Of a stretch of DNA of 39,414 nt, positions 11,981 to 24,022 are shown one piece after another. The stretch comes from Basidioascus undulatus (taxonomy: Eukaryota): NCBI GenBank assembly GCA_000826855.1, contig JTLS01000357.1:1-39414 (forward strand), given 5' to 3'. The notes under the pieces were generated by a model. The model was not told the origin of the DNA. It searched no databases and worked only from the letters and a program-made list of their open reading frames with translations. Each line of letters starts with the position of its first letter. Position 1 is the stretch's first letter. The position numbers and the translations under genes were made by a program.

Positions 11981-12631
11981 ATTTGGGTGCTCGGACAAGT
12001 GTCGTTTGCAGAAATTGTTTGTTCATTACAAGGAACATGAGTATAGAGATATTTGCCAAATAGTTGAGTTGTCCACCAACCTGACACTGGCGGGAAGAAG
12101 TCAGACAGGACAAGCTGGTTCGCGTCTCTGCCGGCTGCCTCGACTCTTATATGCCGACTTTCAGCAATACACCATTGCGCGGGGTGAAAGGGGCTTAGGG
12201 GAGTTCTCATGCACCTAGATATCTTCCGATGACCATTGTCCGCTGGTGCGAACGCCTCCACATTACTACAGGCGCTGCACAGTATTCGCTGCAAACCGGC
12301 CTCACCTGAGCCTACTCATGCAAGGACAATGGGACTTGGGGGGCACATGAGATATTGCAAACGTCGAAGTTCCGGTCTTGTGGAGCGATTCTCCGCATGA
12401 CGGACGTGTTATGCTGTTGACCGCAAACCGCGAGCTCCGGGCCGAACCGTGCCTTGCGCACTGGCAAGCTGAACTTTGCCTACAGGCGGAACATCAGAAA
12501 AGGTTCGGGCAGAATAACGAACAGCGCAGCTTCCACCGTCCTGACTCGGCTTCGGGGCATGCTGACTGAACACCAGATAAAGCGCAGGGTATACCTTCCA
12601 TTCTGAAGCCCTGTCTTCTCACCTCCAAGCG

Positions 12632-13393
12632 ATGTCCGATCTCAAGGACACCCTGGCGAATGGGGGTCTCCGCCTAGTAATACTCGGTGAACAAAGTTGT
12701 TTCATTCTCAGCCTTGTGAACCTTGATTGACACCTCTTCCTCGACCACAGGCCACTCAGGCTCAGGAAAGGTGCGTTATCATTGTCGGATAGTGTTAAGC
12801 AGCTTCGACTCAACTTTTCCCTACCATCCAGTCGACGCTCGCTGCGGAGCTTTCACGCACATTTGGTATTTCATGCATCGACCTCGACGCCATCCAGTGA
12901 AACGACGACTGGGTGGAGAGCAGCGACGTCGACTTTCGAGCTCGTCTGTTGGGCGCAATGAACGCATCCGGACACTCTTGATAGTCGCTGGCAACTACCT
13001 CCGCCATACACGCAGCGTCGCGTGGCCGGCCGCCACTCACGCAATATGTAACCTCGCATTCACATATTGACACAGTGGTTAGAAACTTATCCTGACGCCA
13101 AATTCTTTTCGGTTCTGGACAATTCGCTCCCTACCATCTTCTGACGCGTGCTAAAGCGGATGTTCCGGCACTGGTAGACGCAGGAGCGCCTGTGGGGGAC
13201 CAACTGCAGGCAGCACCTGGGCAGGACATCCCCCCTCGGGGAATCCTGTAGTGGTGCATTTCGAGGTACCAAGCAAAAGAGGAGGGTGGTCCAGGAAGGT
13301 TTGAAGACCGCGGGGGGCAGATTAGAGGTGGCGTGGTTTACAAGCGCGGCAGAGTGCGACCGGTGACTTCAGCAGCTGCAGGAGGATGCATGA
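12632..13393 (+). pseudogene. Tandem paralog of the FlaR-like P-loop kinase, pseudogenised (copy 2)
   Basis: Same intron positions and motifs (LRLVILG|HSGSGK|STLAAELSR, IVAGNY, LWGTNC), with five in-frame stops, about three frameshifts and an intron-3 acceptor reading CGG. Confidence 0.88.
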
Positions 13394-13625
13394 CATGAAC
13401 GATGGACTGGATCTTAAGTACCTTCAGGATGCTGAGCACATGGAAGAATTGGGATGCAACAAGGATAGTGACGCTTGAACACAGCCAACTTTGACTTCGG
13501 TCGGTTACCGAAGTAGATACTTACATGATTCCTGCCGAGGCCATGATAGTCAGAGCGTTGCTGCAAAATTCAAAAGCACATTCAAAGTCGTGTCCGGCAC
13601 CAACAACAGCCATGACCGGAGCCCT

Positions 13626-14822
13626 CTACTCGTCATCCACGCCCAGAACCTTTTCCACAATCCTCTCGCAAGCATCCCAGAAGTCTTGGTCGACCTTGTC
13701 ATCTCGGACAACCCGACTCCGCTCCGTTACCTTCCCAATGGGGAGTAAGAACTTTCCCGACAGGGAGCGCGCTTCCAGGGCCGCTGCCGCGAAGATCAGG
13801 TTACGAGCCCCCTCCGCAGATGTCTTGAGGAATCGGCGGGCGAGGAAGGAAGGGATCCAGGGGGAAGAGGCGGAAAAGCCCGAAGTGTTTACTATGCCAG
13901 GTGGACCGACAGCAAGGCGATGGGGTTGGACTGGTTGAGGCGACAGTGGAGCGCGCGAGTGAAGAGCATGAGGCCGGTCTTGCAGTCAGATTACCGTCCG
14001 TGAGCAGTTAGAAGTGTGAGCAGGTATGAGAAGTATGCGACTTGCTGTAGCGCATTCCTCAGCCTAGACCGCCCGCACCGCCCGAGTACGGCTTGTTGAT
14101 ACCCTCCAGAGAAGTATAGTCCGCGTCGCTTGGCGCGTAGGTGTGCATAGCCGAGCCGATCTGCATCGTGGTTGGGGGGCTACAAGTCAGCCAAGTAGAT
14201 GCTACTTGGAGAGTAGAGATTACTAATACTTGCATTGACGATACGCACATCCGTGTCAGGCAGACCGGCGGTTCTCTTGAATAACGGCAGGAGCGTGGTC
14301 GTCACAACGAAAGGAGCGAGTACGCTAAAGACAAGATGTTGAGCCGCTATCCGGGGCCAGTAAGTAACACAACTTGGAGAAGTGCTCACTTGGCCGCGTA
14401 GATACTCTCGATGCCATCAAGTGTAAGCGTGTACGGCGCTGCCGTGCAGCCTACGTTGTTGACTGTCGGTGTTTCAAGGTCCCAGCACATCAGTCGTCGA
14501 CTATACCTAGGCCTGTGCATCCTTTTAAACAAAAGGACTCACCAAGTATATCTAGTCTCTTCTCCTTCTTCAGCACCTCCTCGCTGCCTCTTTGGCACCT
14601 CGCAAGTCCCAAAGTCCATCTTGAGCCAGACTACATCTCTCCCTTGGGCTCGCGAGCTCTCGCGTCGGAGGGAGCGCCCATGTACACCTTCGCGCCCAGC
14701 GATGACAGTACAGAGACAGTCTCGAAGCCGATGCCGCTGTTCGCGGCGGTGACCACCGCTACTTTGCCTTTGAGAGACGGGAAGGTCGAGGGGTTGAACG
14801 TGGTCGAAGAAGTGTTGCCCAT
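13626..14822 (-). pseudogene. Short-chain dehydrogenase/reductase (retinol-dehydrogenase-like) pseudogene
   Basis: LKGKVAVVTAANSGIGFET, KEKRLDIL, LLPLFKRTA..DVRIVN, SVH-PGIVNT, KTSAEGA. Frameshifts near 14640, 14590 and 13900, and in-frame TGA at 14059-14061. Confidence 0.85.
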
Positions 14823-15623
14823 GGCAATTGGTGTTGAGGTTGTGTGAGATGAAGAATACTTCGTGAGCGGTTGAAGCGGACCCGACGGCATATGTACGCT
14901 TCAACGTCGCTGTGCCTTCCTGTGCCCCGGCCGGTATCTGACCTTTTGTATAGGTGGTTTGAATATTCATTTTCTCAGCTCTCCGCGGCTGATGTCACCA
15001 CAGCTCCAGAGACGAGCGTTTGGTCAACAGCGGCGGAGCCGAGGGTTGCGTGGCCCCGGCACCCTCCTCGCAGACGGCAAGCGCAAGCGGGTATCTTGCA
15101 ATGCTGCAACTGCGGACCTTGCGGTGTAGATTACAAAGCCACTTTGTCAGGCTGCTTATGCCAACGATTATGAGCTACTGAACCCCGAGCCAGCCGGTTG
15201 GTCGGCCGTGGGCGACACCGTCATGGTCGTGTTAAAACATCTACACGGTCATAGCCCCTACACCGTACGAGCAACAAAGAATCCTGGGTCGCCTGGATCG
15301 AGCGGAAGTTCAACCTCACAAAGAAAAACATGTAAAACCTCGTGAGTGGTGTGCGCAGTCCAGAGCTAGCTGCTGAAACCGGATCACACCAAGCCAAAGC
15401 GAAGATATAGACACCGCTAACCAGGCCGATGTCACCGCATACCACAAGATGCCTTCAATGGCATCAACTCCTCCCGCAAGAGAATGTGGCACGACGGCTG
15501 CACGGAGATGTTGCGATGGGACCGGGTCGACCCGCCAAGGTTGCAGGAGACCCATGACCTGGCGCAGACATTCGCAGCAGACGCCGCGAAGACTTTCAAG
15601 CAGATGCAAATCTTTACCCTGCC

Positions 15624-16573
15624 TTACAGTTCCAACTCCAGCTCCTCGTACCCGTCCTCCAACCACCCGTCTTCGCGCCAGCGGGCCCCGCGGTCCTCCC
15701 AATAGAACCCACCCTTCACCGCCATCGTCTCTCCCTTCCTCCTGATCCTGGCGCCCCAGACTAGAGCCTCCTCGAACTCCACCCAACCGAACAGATTCTA
15801 CCAGCACATGCTCTCCAGCTTGCTCAGCTTCCTCGCGAGGTCTTCGAGCGCGCTCCGGAGCGCCGGCCGGACCTCGTGCATCCATTCGGTCGATTGCCTG
15901 TTGCTGTCCTCGTGGTGTTTTTCCCGAAGCTCCTCCTAGTCCGCGTCGTCGTACTCCATCTCGGGAATATCACCGTCCCTCATGGCGTCCAGCCAGCTCG
16001 GCAGGTACGGGGGCACGTGGGAGCAGTGCACTGGTGGCAGGCAGGCCGAGATGTGGACATAGCGGAGGGAAGGGAGGGGCGAGATGAAGGCGGCGACGAG
16101 GTTCTATGGCGAGCGGGAGGGGCTCCCGGTTGGACACGCCGCCGTGCAGAGCTACAACGGAGAGGTGTTGGGAGGTTGGGCAACGCGACGATCGCAGCGG
16201 CGCAACCGTCGAAGGTGGGATAGACGTCCGGAAGTGGTGAAAGCCCGACAAACTTGCCCCTCAAACGAAGTCGCCTTTGAGGAAGCCGACTGTCAATATA
16301 AGACTTGGACAGCTCCGGAAGATTTTACAGCATCGCACCTGACCAACTTCGCACCCTCCCATTTCCCCTCGCGGATCCTCCGCACGTCGTTCACCTGCGG
16401 ACGGTCGGAATGGAGCAGAATCGAGGTGTTGATGGAGCGAAGAACCCGCGCGTGCACGGAGACAACGATCCAACGAGAGACGAGCGAAAGCGACTTGAGC
16501 TCGTCGCGAGCGAAAAACAGCGCGCAAAGGTCGAGGACGAGCGCGTTCTTGTGAGCTGAGGTACCAGAGCCAT
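15624..16573 (-). pseudogene. Degraded, internally deleted copy of the F-box/LRR-like gene at 35909-37525
   Basis: Clear nucleotide similarity to exon 1 (HKxALVLDLC...LKSLSL...EGxWEGAK) and the C-terminus (WREDGWLEDG.E..ELEL*). Frameshift just after ATG, and about 0.65 kb shorter than the other copy. Confidence 0.75.
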
Positions 16574-17207
16574 CACAGCGGCGGGGACTGGGTCAGGGAG
16601 GAATGGGACAAAAGGAAGGAAGGAGGCAATGGGTAAGAAAAGAGGTAGAGACGACATGCAGTGATGGTGCTTCGGAAAGACATGGAGGACGCCGACGTTA
16701 AATTTGGCAGTCTCACGGGGATGGGCCCCTTTCTCCATCATGAGAGGAGGATGTGTCAAAATAGGATGCGGTGTGCATGCAAGAATACGCGAAACTAGTT
16801 ACTTCGGACGTCTCCGGTGCGCTCAGCCAAGGGACGCTGTGATCTTTTGCAGCTGGTGCCGATTACACCAAGGCAACGCCGCTTGACATAATAAAACAGC
16901 CGCCACCCAAAAGCACAAAGAAATTAAACAAATCAATTACCCTCGAACAAATCAAAACAGATGAGAACAAGTAAGGTCCAGCCGGCAAAAGGCAGCAGTA
17001 GAGATGAGACGAACAGCGAGCAAAGCGAGAAGACTGTGGGATCACGTATTCGAGGAAGGTGTGGGGTGTATACGGATGAGAACGACCGTGTTCGAGGAGG
17101 GGGGGAGTGAGTACAACGACAATCGAGTGTGAGAAACACAGAGCTAGAGGAACCAAAGAAGAACGATCGATCCACGTCAAGCAAACAAGCGAAGAACCCT
17201 CAGCGCC

Positions 17208-19514
17208 TCAGCGCCTCGCCCTCCAGCTGCGCGCGAACTTTGCGAACGAGAGGGCGACGGTGACGGTCACGCCGACGCCGCAGAGGAAGACGAACGCGGG
17301 GAGGCGGCGGAGCGTGGGGACGGAGAAGAGCCACTTGTCCTTGTTCTCTTTCTTCTTCTCCTTCGGCGTGGCGGGGTCGGGAGGAGTGGCTTTGAGCGCG
17401 GCCAGCTGCGTCTCGAGTTCGGCCAGGCGTGAGCGGAGGGAGGAGACCAGGTCAGTATCGGGGGCGGCGATGGGGTCGGGCGCCTTGGGGGGCTCCTCGA
17501 CGGGCTCCGCCGCCTTCTCCTTCTCCACGTCCTGCGCTTTCGTTACGACCACCGCGTCCTCCACCGCCGGAGGCGCATCGTCCTTCGGGGCAAGGGACCG
17601 CGCCGTCTCCGCCGGTTCAGGCTGTTCGAACAGCCCGCCGAGCCTGCGGGGCGGCTGGACGGTCTCCTGCGTGCCCGTGCCGGGTACCTTGCGCATCGTG
17701 GTGATCCGCTCCCCGTCCTCGTCGTCCGAGTCGCGCGCCCACCCTGCCGCCGGGTCATAATCCACCACGATGCTCGCGCTGTCGTCCGTCTCGTCCTCGT
17801 CCTCCTCGTCGGACGAGAACGCCAGCTCCCCAGCTCGGCCCTTCTTCCCCGACGCGCGCGAGAACGACGCGGCGAGGTCCCGCCCAGCCGCGCGGGAGAA
17901 CGAGCGCGCGGACGCAGCGAGGTCTTTCTTCCCGCCCGCGCGGGAGAAGGAGCGGAGCTGGTCGGGCGAGAGGCGGGAGGGCTTGAGCGACGAGTAGGGC
18001 GACGCGTGCGAGAGGATCTGCGACATATGCTCCGGGATGGGCGCGGCGTCCGGCCCGGCGACGAAGATGGCGGGCGTCATGGACGGGCCGTCGTCGGACG
18101 TGGGCGGAGCGGTGGACGCGGAGGATTCGGAGGAGGCAGATGAGGCGGAGGACGCGGAGCGCTCGGCCTTGTGCTGCTTGAGCGTGCCGACGGGTGTGCG
18201 CTCCCCTTCGATCTGCCCATCCTCCGACCCCAATGCGCCCTCCTTGCGCGGCGTCGCCTCCAGCTCCTCCAGCAGCGCCGGGAGCGACCTGCGTGGCGAG
18301 CCCTGGCGGGAGGACGAGGGCGGCCGCTCGTCGTCGTCGTCCTCCGAGCAGCTGCTGATGGACCCCGTCTCGAACGCGCTGACGAGGCCCTTGACGCGGC
18401 CCGGGTGGCGGGGGAGGCTCGCACGCGCGTACTTGGGCGAGCCCGGCGGCGAGGTCGACTCGGAGGACGCGGAGGAGAACGAGCTCAGCGAGGCGCGCGG
18501 CTTCAGCGTACCCTCCGAGATCGTCGCTGGCGCCGCCGGCGCGGGGGAGCCGAAGCCGAAGATCCGCCCTGGTGGTGGAGTGCGGGTGAGCGCTGTTGCG
18601 CGGTTGGGTGTAAGATGTGTGGGTGCGGGACGTACCCTTCAGGACGTCCTTCCGCAGGTTCTGCACCGCGTCGAGCAAGATCCCGCGCCAGCGCTCGTTG
18701 ACGCCCATCCTACCAGCCCAGCGAAGCGCCACGTCAGCCAACGCTCTAGCCTTGCAGTGTGAGCGTCGTCGGTCGACCCACTCGATCAGGTCGTCCTCAC
18801 GCAGGCGGAGGAACACGCGCCCGCCGATGCGCGCCTCGTCCGTGACGTAGCGGGAGAGGTCATCGATGACCGGCTGGGGGATGAGCTTGAGCGCGTGCGC
18901 GAGATAGATGGCGACTTGGGAGGGGGCTGGAGGGCGAGTAAGTCAGAGGAAGTGTCGATATGTTAGAATATTCGGCGGCTCGAAAACGCACTCCAGATCT
19001 TTGGGTTCTCCTGCGTGATGGGATTGAGATGAGCATCACATTAACAAGCCGAAGATGAGGTCAGATGGGAACGCACCGGAAGGTCCTCGACCTTGAGCCT
19101 CCTTGCCTGCGCCTCAGCCGGCTTGGGCGGGGGAAAGCTAGGGAGGGTATCGCTCCTCCTCATACGCCTGGGCTTCGGACTCCCATCGAGCTCCACCACT
19201 CCCGAGATCATGTCCGCTCCCTCATCATCCGGCCCAGCCTGCTCCCCAACAGCCAGAATGGCGATCGCGGACATGCTCTTTGTCGAGCGGTGCTTACGTA
19301 CATATGGCGCGGGCGCGGGCTCGGACTGGCCCTCGTCTGAGTTGGAGGAGGTCGAGCGCGAGTGTGGGTGGCTGGTGGTGGACTTGAGCGAGGTCGAGCG
19401 GATGAGGGAGGGCGAGGGCTGGGCGGGGTAGCGGGCCGAGGAGGAGGTGAAGGACTGGGAGCGGGAGAGCTTGAAGCCCGTCGTCGGCGGCGCCGAGGGC
19501 GGCGAGGTAACCAT
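17208..19514 (-). CDS. Hypothetical protein with a SAM-like domain, long Ser/Pro/acidic low-complexity regions and a C-terminal transmembrane tail
   Basis: Spliced VEDLP|ENPKIW|TPSQVAIYLAHAL...IGGRVFLRLREDDLIE|GVNERWRGILLDAV (SAM-like pattern). Long last exon ends LPAFVFLCGVGVTVTVALSFAKFARSWRARR*. Confidence 0.7.
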
Positions 19515-19918
19515 CTTGCTTCGAAAGAGGGAGAGAGATTGATGGCTATTTGAGATTTGGACTGGGGGAATCGCGGCGCGGTCGGGAACCCGTCGCTAGG
19601 TCTGAGGGCTACGGCACAGGCTCAGGCCGGGAAGTGGTGTGGAATGGAGATTCGTGAATGGGTCGTGAGGCTGGTCGTTATGATTGTCGTTGCCAAAGAT
19701 CGTTAGTGTCGTTAATGATATTTGAACTGGGAGATGAAGATGAAGGTCCTGGTCGAAGATGGAGGCGGAGGCAGGGCAGCGGGCGGGGTCCAGACGGACA
19801 GAGCCCCTATCGAGGAGATGTTCGCTCCCAATTCACATTCATACTCAACGTGCACCTTGCTCGCCAACCGCAGTCCATAATCCAGCATGTGTGCCATTAC
19901 TTTCCACAATCCTTGTAG

Positions 19919-20022
19919 ATTGGCACATGTAATCCATGCGGAGTAGAACCAACAAGCACTTTTCTCACCAACGCTTGAAGAACGCACATCTCTCTGTCAC
20001 AAAATGCCAATCGCGTCGCGTC
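19919..20022. promoter_or_regulatory. Candidate CCAAT boxes and tandem CGCG element upstream of RCF1
   Basis: ATTGG at 19919-19923, CCAAT at 20007-20011, CGCGTCGCGTC at 20012-20022. Short motifs; function is inferred only. Confidence 0.3.
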
Positions 20023-20191
20023 TCCAACCCGCGCACTATCCCCGGACCACCCGCACCCTTACATCACCGCGGCTTCCCGAAGCCGCCTTCTCGCCTCAAT
20101 CGGCTGCCGAGAGTCGTCCGACCTTGCCTCGACAATCATCTTATCGCGCAACCCACTCTCTGCATCTCAACTCACCTCTTTATAGAGCACC

Positions 20192-21037
20192 ATGGCATCC
20201 CAAGTCCCCATCCCTAAGCCTGAGGCGTCCCCGCGCCCGCCCGGCCACGAGGACCCCATCGACAAGATTCTCCGCAAGGTCAAGCAGGAGCCGCTCGTGC
20301 CCATCGGTGAGTCTGGAGCAAGGATCACAGTGTGAAGGGAGGGCGGGACGTAACCACGTCGCATCAATTTGTGTTCGTAGTCCTCAAGGGACGAGGTCGA
20401 TTGGAGGGACGAGTCGAGTTTTGGACGTCTTCTCCATGTCACCATTTCTGCCCGTGCAACGCACCATCAGAAGCTCACGCACCTCAATCCCAACCATGCT
20501 AACAAACACTTCAACCCAGGTATTGCCGCCACCATCGCAGCCCTAACGCTCGCGTCCGTGCAGCTGCGGCGGGGGAACTCCAAAGAAGCGAACCGCTACT
20601 TCCGCTACCGTGTCTACGCGCAGGGCTTCACCGTCGCCGCTGCAGTGGGCGGTATGCTCTACTACGGCACGGGCGTCGAACAAAAAGGTGCACGGATCGA
20701 AGCGGAGCGCGAAGCGGAGCGTCTGCAGTTCGAGGAGCGCCTCGCGGACGCCGGGCGGGCGGAGTCCCTCCGCGAGGCGGGAGCGTCGGGCGCGCGGGGG
20801 GAGAGCAAGGTGCTGAAGGGCTTGGAGGGCTTGGATTTGAGGGGGACGACGTGGGAGAACATTGGGAAGGCGTCGGACCCGGTGGTTGTTCCTGTGGAGA
20901 AGGTGGAGAGTCGCGCGCCGGTCAGCGCGAGTGGGAAGGTCCGCACGAAGGACCCGATGGACCGCAGGAGGCCTGGGGACTTCGTGGAGCCGGAGAAGGA
21001 GCCCCTCGTCCGCCCGGACGCGGTGCACCCTTCTTGA
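20192..21037 (+). CDS. RCF1: HIG1-domain respiratory supercomplex factor Rcf1-like; exons 20192-20306, 20520-21037
   Basis: DKILRKVKQEPLVPIG|IAATIAALTLASVQLRRGNSKEANRYFRYRVYAQGFTVAAAVGG matches the HIG1 domain pattern. Confidence 0.88.
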
Positions 21038-21648
21038 GCGGCTCCGGGACGCGGATCCGACCATGCATTTCATCGCCACTCGCTCGGTTCGGCGCGCAGT
21101 CGGCGGCGTTGCGATGGTGCTCAGCTAACCTGCTCACGCTTTTCGAGTCGACTTGATTCGCCACCATGAACAGCCTCTGGCCTCTCTTAACTCGATCGCT
21201 TCCCACCGGCTTTCGCATCCCCTCGCTCTGACAGCTTCGCCTCTCACTCGCCTGTGGGGTGGGCCATTCTTTTTTCATTCCTTGCGCTGAACTGCGCTGC
21301 AGACGCCTAGGACCTGGCGCCGGTCGGGTGGGAGATTTTGCTCTTCCATCGGAGCCGGGACGCATCGTACTTGGAGACGACCTCGAGCTCCTCCGCCGGC
21401 AGGCAAAATTGGTCGATCAAGCGAGGGTTGGCACCGTTATCGGGAGCAACATGTCACGGTCAGGTGTGGAGACTGACACGGTCGAAAAAATAATAGGAGA
21501 AGAATAGAACTGACTGCTATCACGACTATCGGCCATGTGGCCACGGGAGGAATCTCGACAGCTTGCCGGTTGAGGATACGGTGAAGCGAGGAGTCGACGC
21601 CGCTTTCTACCGCGCTAGAAGCGGACACCACGGGTTCGACAAAACCCC

Positions 21649-21996
21649 TCATCTAGGTAGCGGAGGCTGGTCAGGGTCCGAGAATTTCGACACCGCAGCA
21701 ATGCAAGGCTCATCCCACTTGAACTGCCCGCAGACAAGGCAATTTGATACCCCGTCGCACCGGCCCCGCCCAAACTTCGCGAGGGCCACGCGTGCTGCCG
21801 AAAGCCCCTCTTCGGATACGAGCGGGGCGCCAAGCCCGTATGCGTGAAGGCGCGATACAATCGACTTCTCGTCGCAGATCTGCCTGAGCCGGGCGCAGGC
21901 CTGAGAGAAGGCCCCGAAGCACGCGAGCGTCGGCAGCTCGGAGGCGATTTGATCGAGGAGCTCCGCGGAGAGGGAGAGAAGCGAGGCCGGGGCCAT
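21649..21996 (-). pseudogene. F-box protein, probably truncated or frameshifted (remnant may extend to about 21150)
   Basis: MAPASLLSLSAELLDQIASEL...FSQACARLRQI is an F-box. The frame stops at 21649 while protein-like sequence (HRIL...ATWPIV) continues in another frame. Confidence 0.55.
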
Positions 21997-22551
21997 TAGT
22001 TGTGAGTTGAGTGTGGGCGGGTTTTGAGAGTGCGGATGATGCCGGGTCAGGGCTCGAACCGTCGATGTGAGGTGATGGTAATAGGCAAGGAGGAAGTGTC
22101 GCGGCAATGCGCACCGACATCCTCGCGCCGACCTCGCCTTTTGACCTCGGGCAAGTCTCACCCCTTCTTTCCATTACATTGCTGTCAAGTATGTGCAAGG
22201 AAGTGGATGAAATATTCAACGAACCGTTAAATTTGCAACTTGACTGTGGCAGGCTCGCGCGATTGGTGACTTTCGGACAGATTTCACAACGCAAGCTGCG
22301 CCCATTTATATCCCGTTGGGCTGATCCATATTTGTACAAGAGAAATTTAAATCCTTATCAATCATGCAGTCCTGATCTTTAGGTAGACGTATGCACCTTG
22401 GTACAGTCAAGTTCACTGTCGGTATGGCAGCATTGAACCACGCTACACAGCGGCGCGCACATATCTCACATGATAACATTCGTTTATGGGTACATTGAAG
22501 GTGGGATTATCTTCAAGCTCTGGTCATATTGCACAAAGTTCGCTAAAACCG

Positions 22552-23496
22552 TCAGTCACCCCACTCAGACCGCGCCCGCCTGCCTCTTCTCCCCGCGTCC
22601 TTAATCCTCAACCACCATCTTATTTCCCCTTCATCCTCATGACGCAAAGGTTCGTATCCCTCCTCGTCCTCAATCCTACCCCTCCGTAGTCTCAGTGTAA
22701 TGCCCCTGGGCTCGAAAAAGTTCCTCCTCCACGTGCGGATCACCCTCCTCGCCCGCCACGGGTCTTCCCCCAGTTTGAGCTCATCCTCATCCTCTCCCGA
22801 GCGAAGCTTGATCCGCCTGAACAGGCGGCGCATCCCGAAGCGAGATCCCTGGAAGCGGGATCCCTCCGGGCTGCTGTCCCCGCTCGAGTCGCTCGAGTGC
22901 GACGAGTCGGAGGGCGGACCGGCCAGCTCCTGCTCGACTGCAGCCTCGGCGATGTCGTCGAGGAAGCGCACCCACTGCTCGCGCGATATACCGCGATGGG
23001 AGAAGGGGTTTGGCGCGTGGGCGGGCAGGTGCACGGGAAAGCTATCAGACAGCCGCGAAGTGTGCGAAGGAATGGAGAAAGAGCGGAAGGGCAGCGGTGG
23101 GCGGAAATCAGAGGAATGAGGGGTGCTGTAAGCCGAGGGAGAGGATGCGTCGCTGTGTCGACGGCGTCGACCTTGGCTGTAGCCCGAATCGTAGCCGTCA
23201 CGACGGCGCCTAGTCGTGTAAGGCGGGTATTCGTAGACCGTTCTCGGAGACGGCGGATAGCCGTGCGGTGGGCTATAGCGGGAGTGGCCAGCCGTGGAAG
23301 AAAGCGGTGACATCGGGGTGAACGCCGAAAGAGGTGAGAGCGGTGGTCCGGTCGGTGGAAGCGGAGGGGAGTGATATGCGAAGGGGGTCGCCGGTACAGC
23401 ATGCGGGCTGACCTGCAGCGGAGCGACGTACGGAGCCCCAGCATACTGAAATGCTCGGGTGGGGCCCGATGGGCCGTAGTATGAATGGCTCGACAT
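22552..23496 (-). CDS. Intronless hypothetical protein: Pro/Ser/Tyr-rich N-terminus and a conserved-looking C-terminal domain
   Basis: Open frame of about 314 codons from MSSHSYY. Motifs FSHRGISREQWVRFLDDI and WRRNFFEPRGITLRL resemble fungal Erf4/Golgin-A7-like hypotheticals (recall, not verified). Confidence 0.7.
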   Translation of the reverse strand: MSSHSYYGPSGPTRAFQYAGAPYVAPLQVSPHAVPATPFAYHSPPLPPTGPPLSPLSAFTPMSPLSSTAGHSRYSPPHGYPPSPRTVYEYPPYTTRRRRDGYDSGYSQGRRRRHSDASSPSAYSTPHSSDFRPPLPFRSFSIPSHTSRLSDSFPVHLPAHAPNPFSHRGISREQWVRFLDDIAEAAVEQELAGPPSDSSHSSDSSGDSSPEGSRFQGSRFGMRRLFRRIKLRSGEDEDELKLGEDPWRARRVIRTWRRNFFEPRGITLRLRRGRIEDEEGYEPLRHEDEGEIRWWLRIKDAGRRGRRARSEWGD

Positions 23497-24022
23497 GATT
23501 GTGAGTAAGAGGTGAACTCGATCTTGGCTGGGACTTTCTTGGAGTGGAGCAGCCAGGAGAAAGTCGAGCAAGTTATTTCTTCATGTCGTCAACAGTGTGG
23601 AAACTTCGATCTAGAATAAACGCCCGGCAGGCACTGGGCAAACAAGGTGGTGACCATGTGCTACCCAGCGCAGATCTGTCAAAGGAAAACGCCGAAATAG
23701 AGTTGCAGTGGTGCCCGCTGCGGATGAGATTCAAGGGACGGCACACGGGCAAAATGTTCGGTGAAGATCTGTCGTCGACCACAGCTGGATGAGTGGCTTC
23801 ATAACGAAGAAATTGAAATTGATGCTGAAAATTTTGCTGGTACTGAGGTCGAACGTCTGTACTTGATGGCATTCCGAGAAGCCACGGCGCTTGCTCAACC
23901 CTGCTACTCTTTGATGCGAACCACTTTCAGGCATGTGCCATTGCAAAATTCTCCATATAGCCAGAGGACATTCTAAACCACAGCGGTTCATGCAAACATG
24001 TCGCCACAACGTTGACGCTTCA

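Noticed and set aside
12898..13366. Stop-codon reassignment (TGA/TAG read as Trp)
   Set aside because: Both stop types occur alongside frameshifts and a dead splice acceptor, and intact genes here use TGG for Trp and TGA/TAG as terminators.
17107..18816. Long overlapping ORFs on both strands (e.g. 17107-17760 +, 18037-18762 +, 17755-18816 -)
   Set aside because: Shadow frames of a GC-rich low-complexity exon, with no independent protein motifs.
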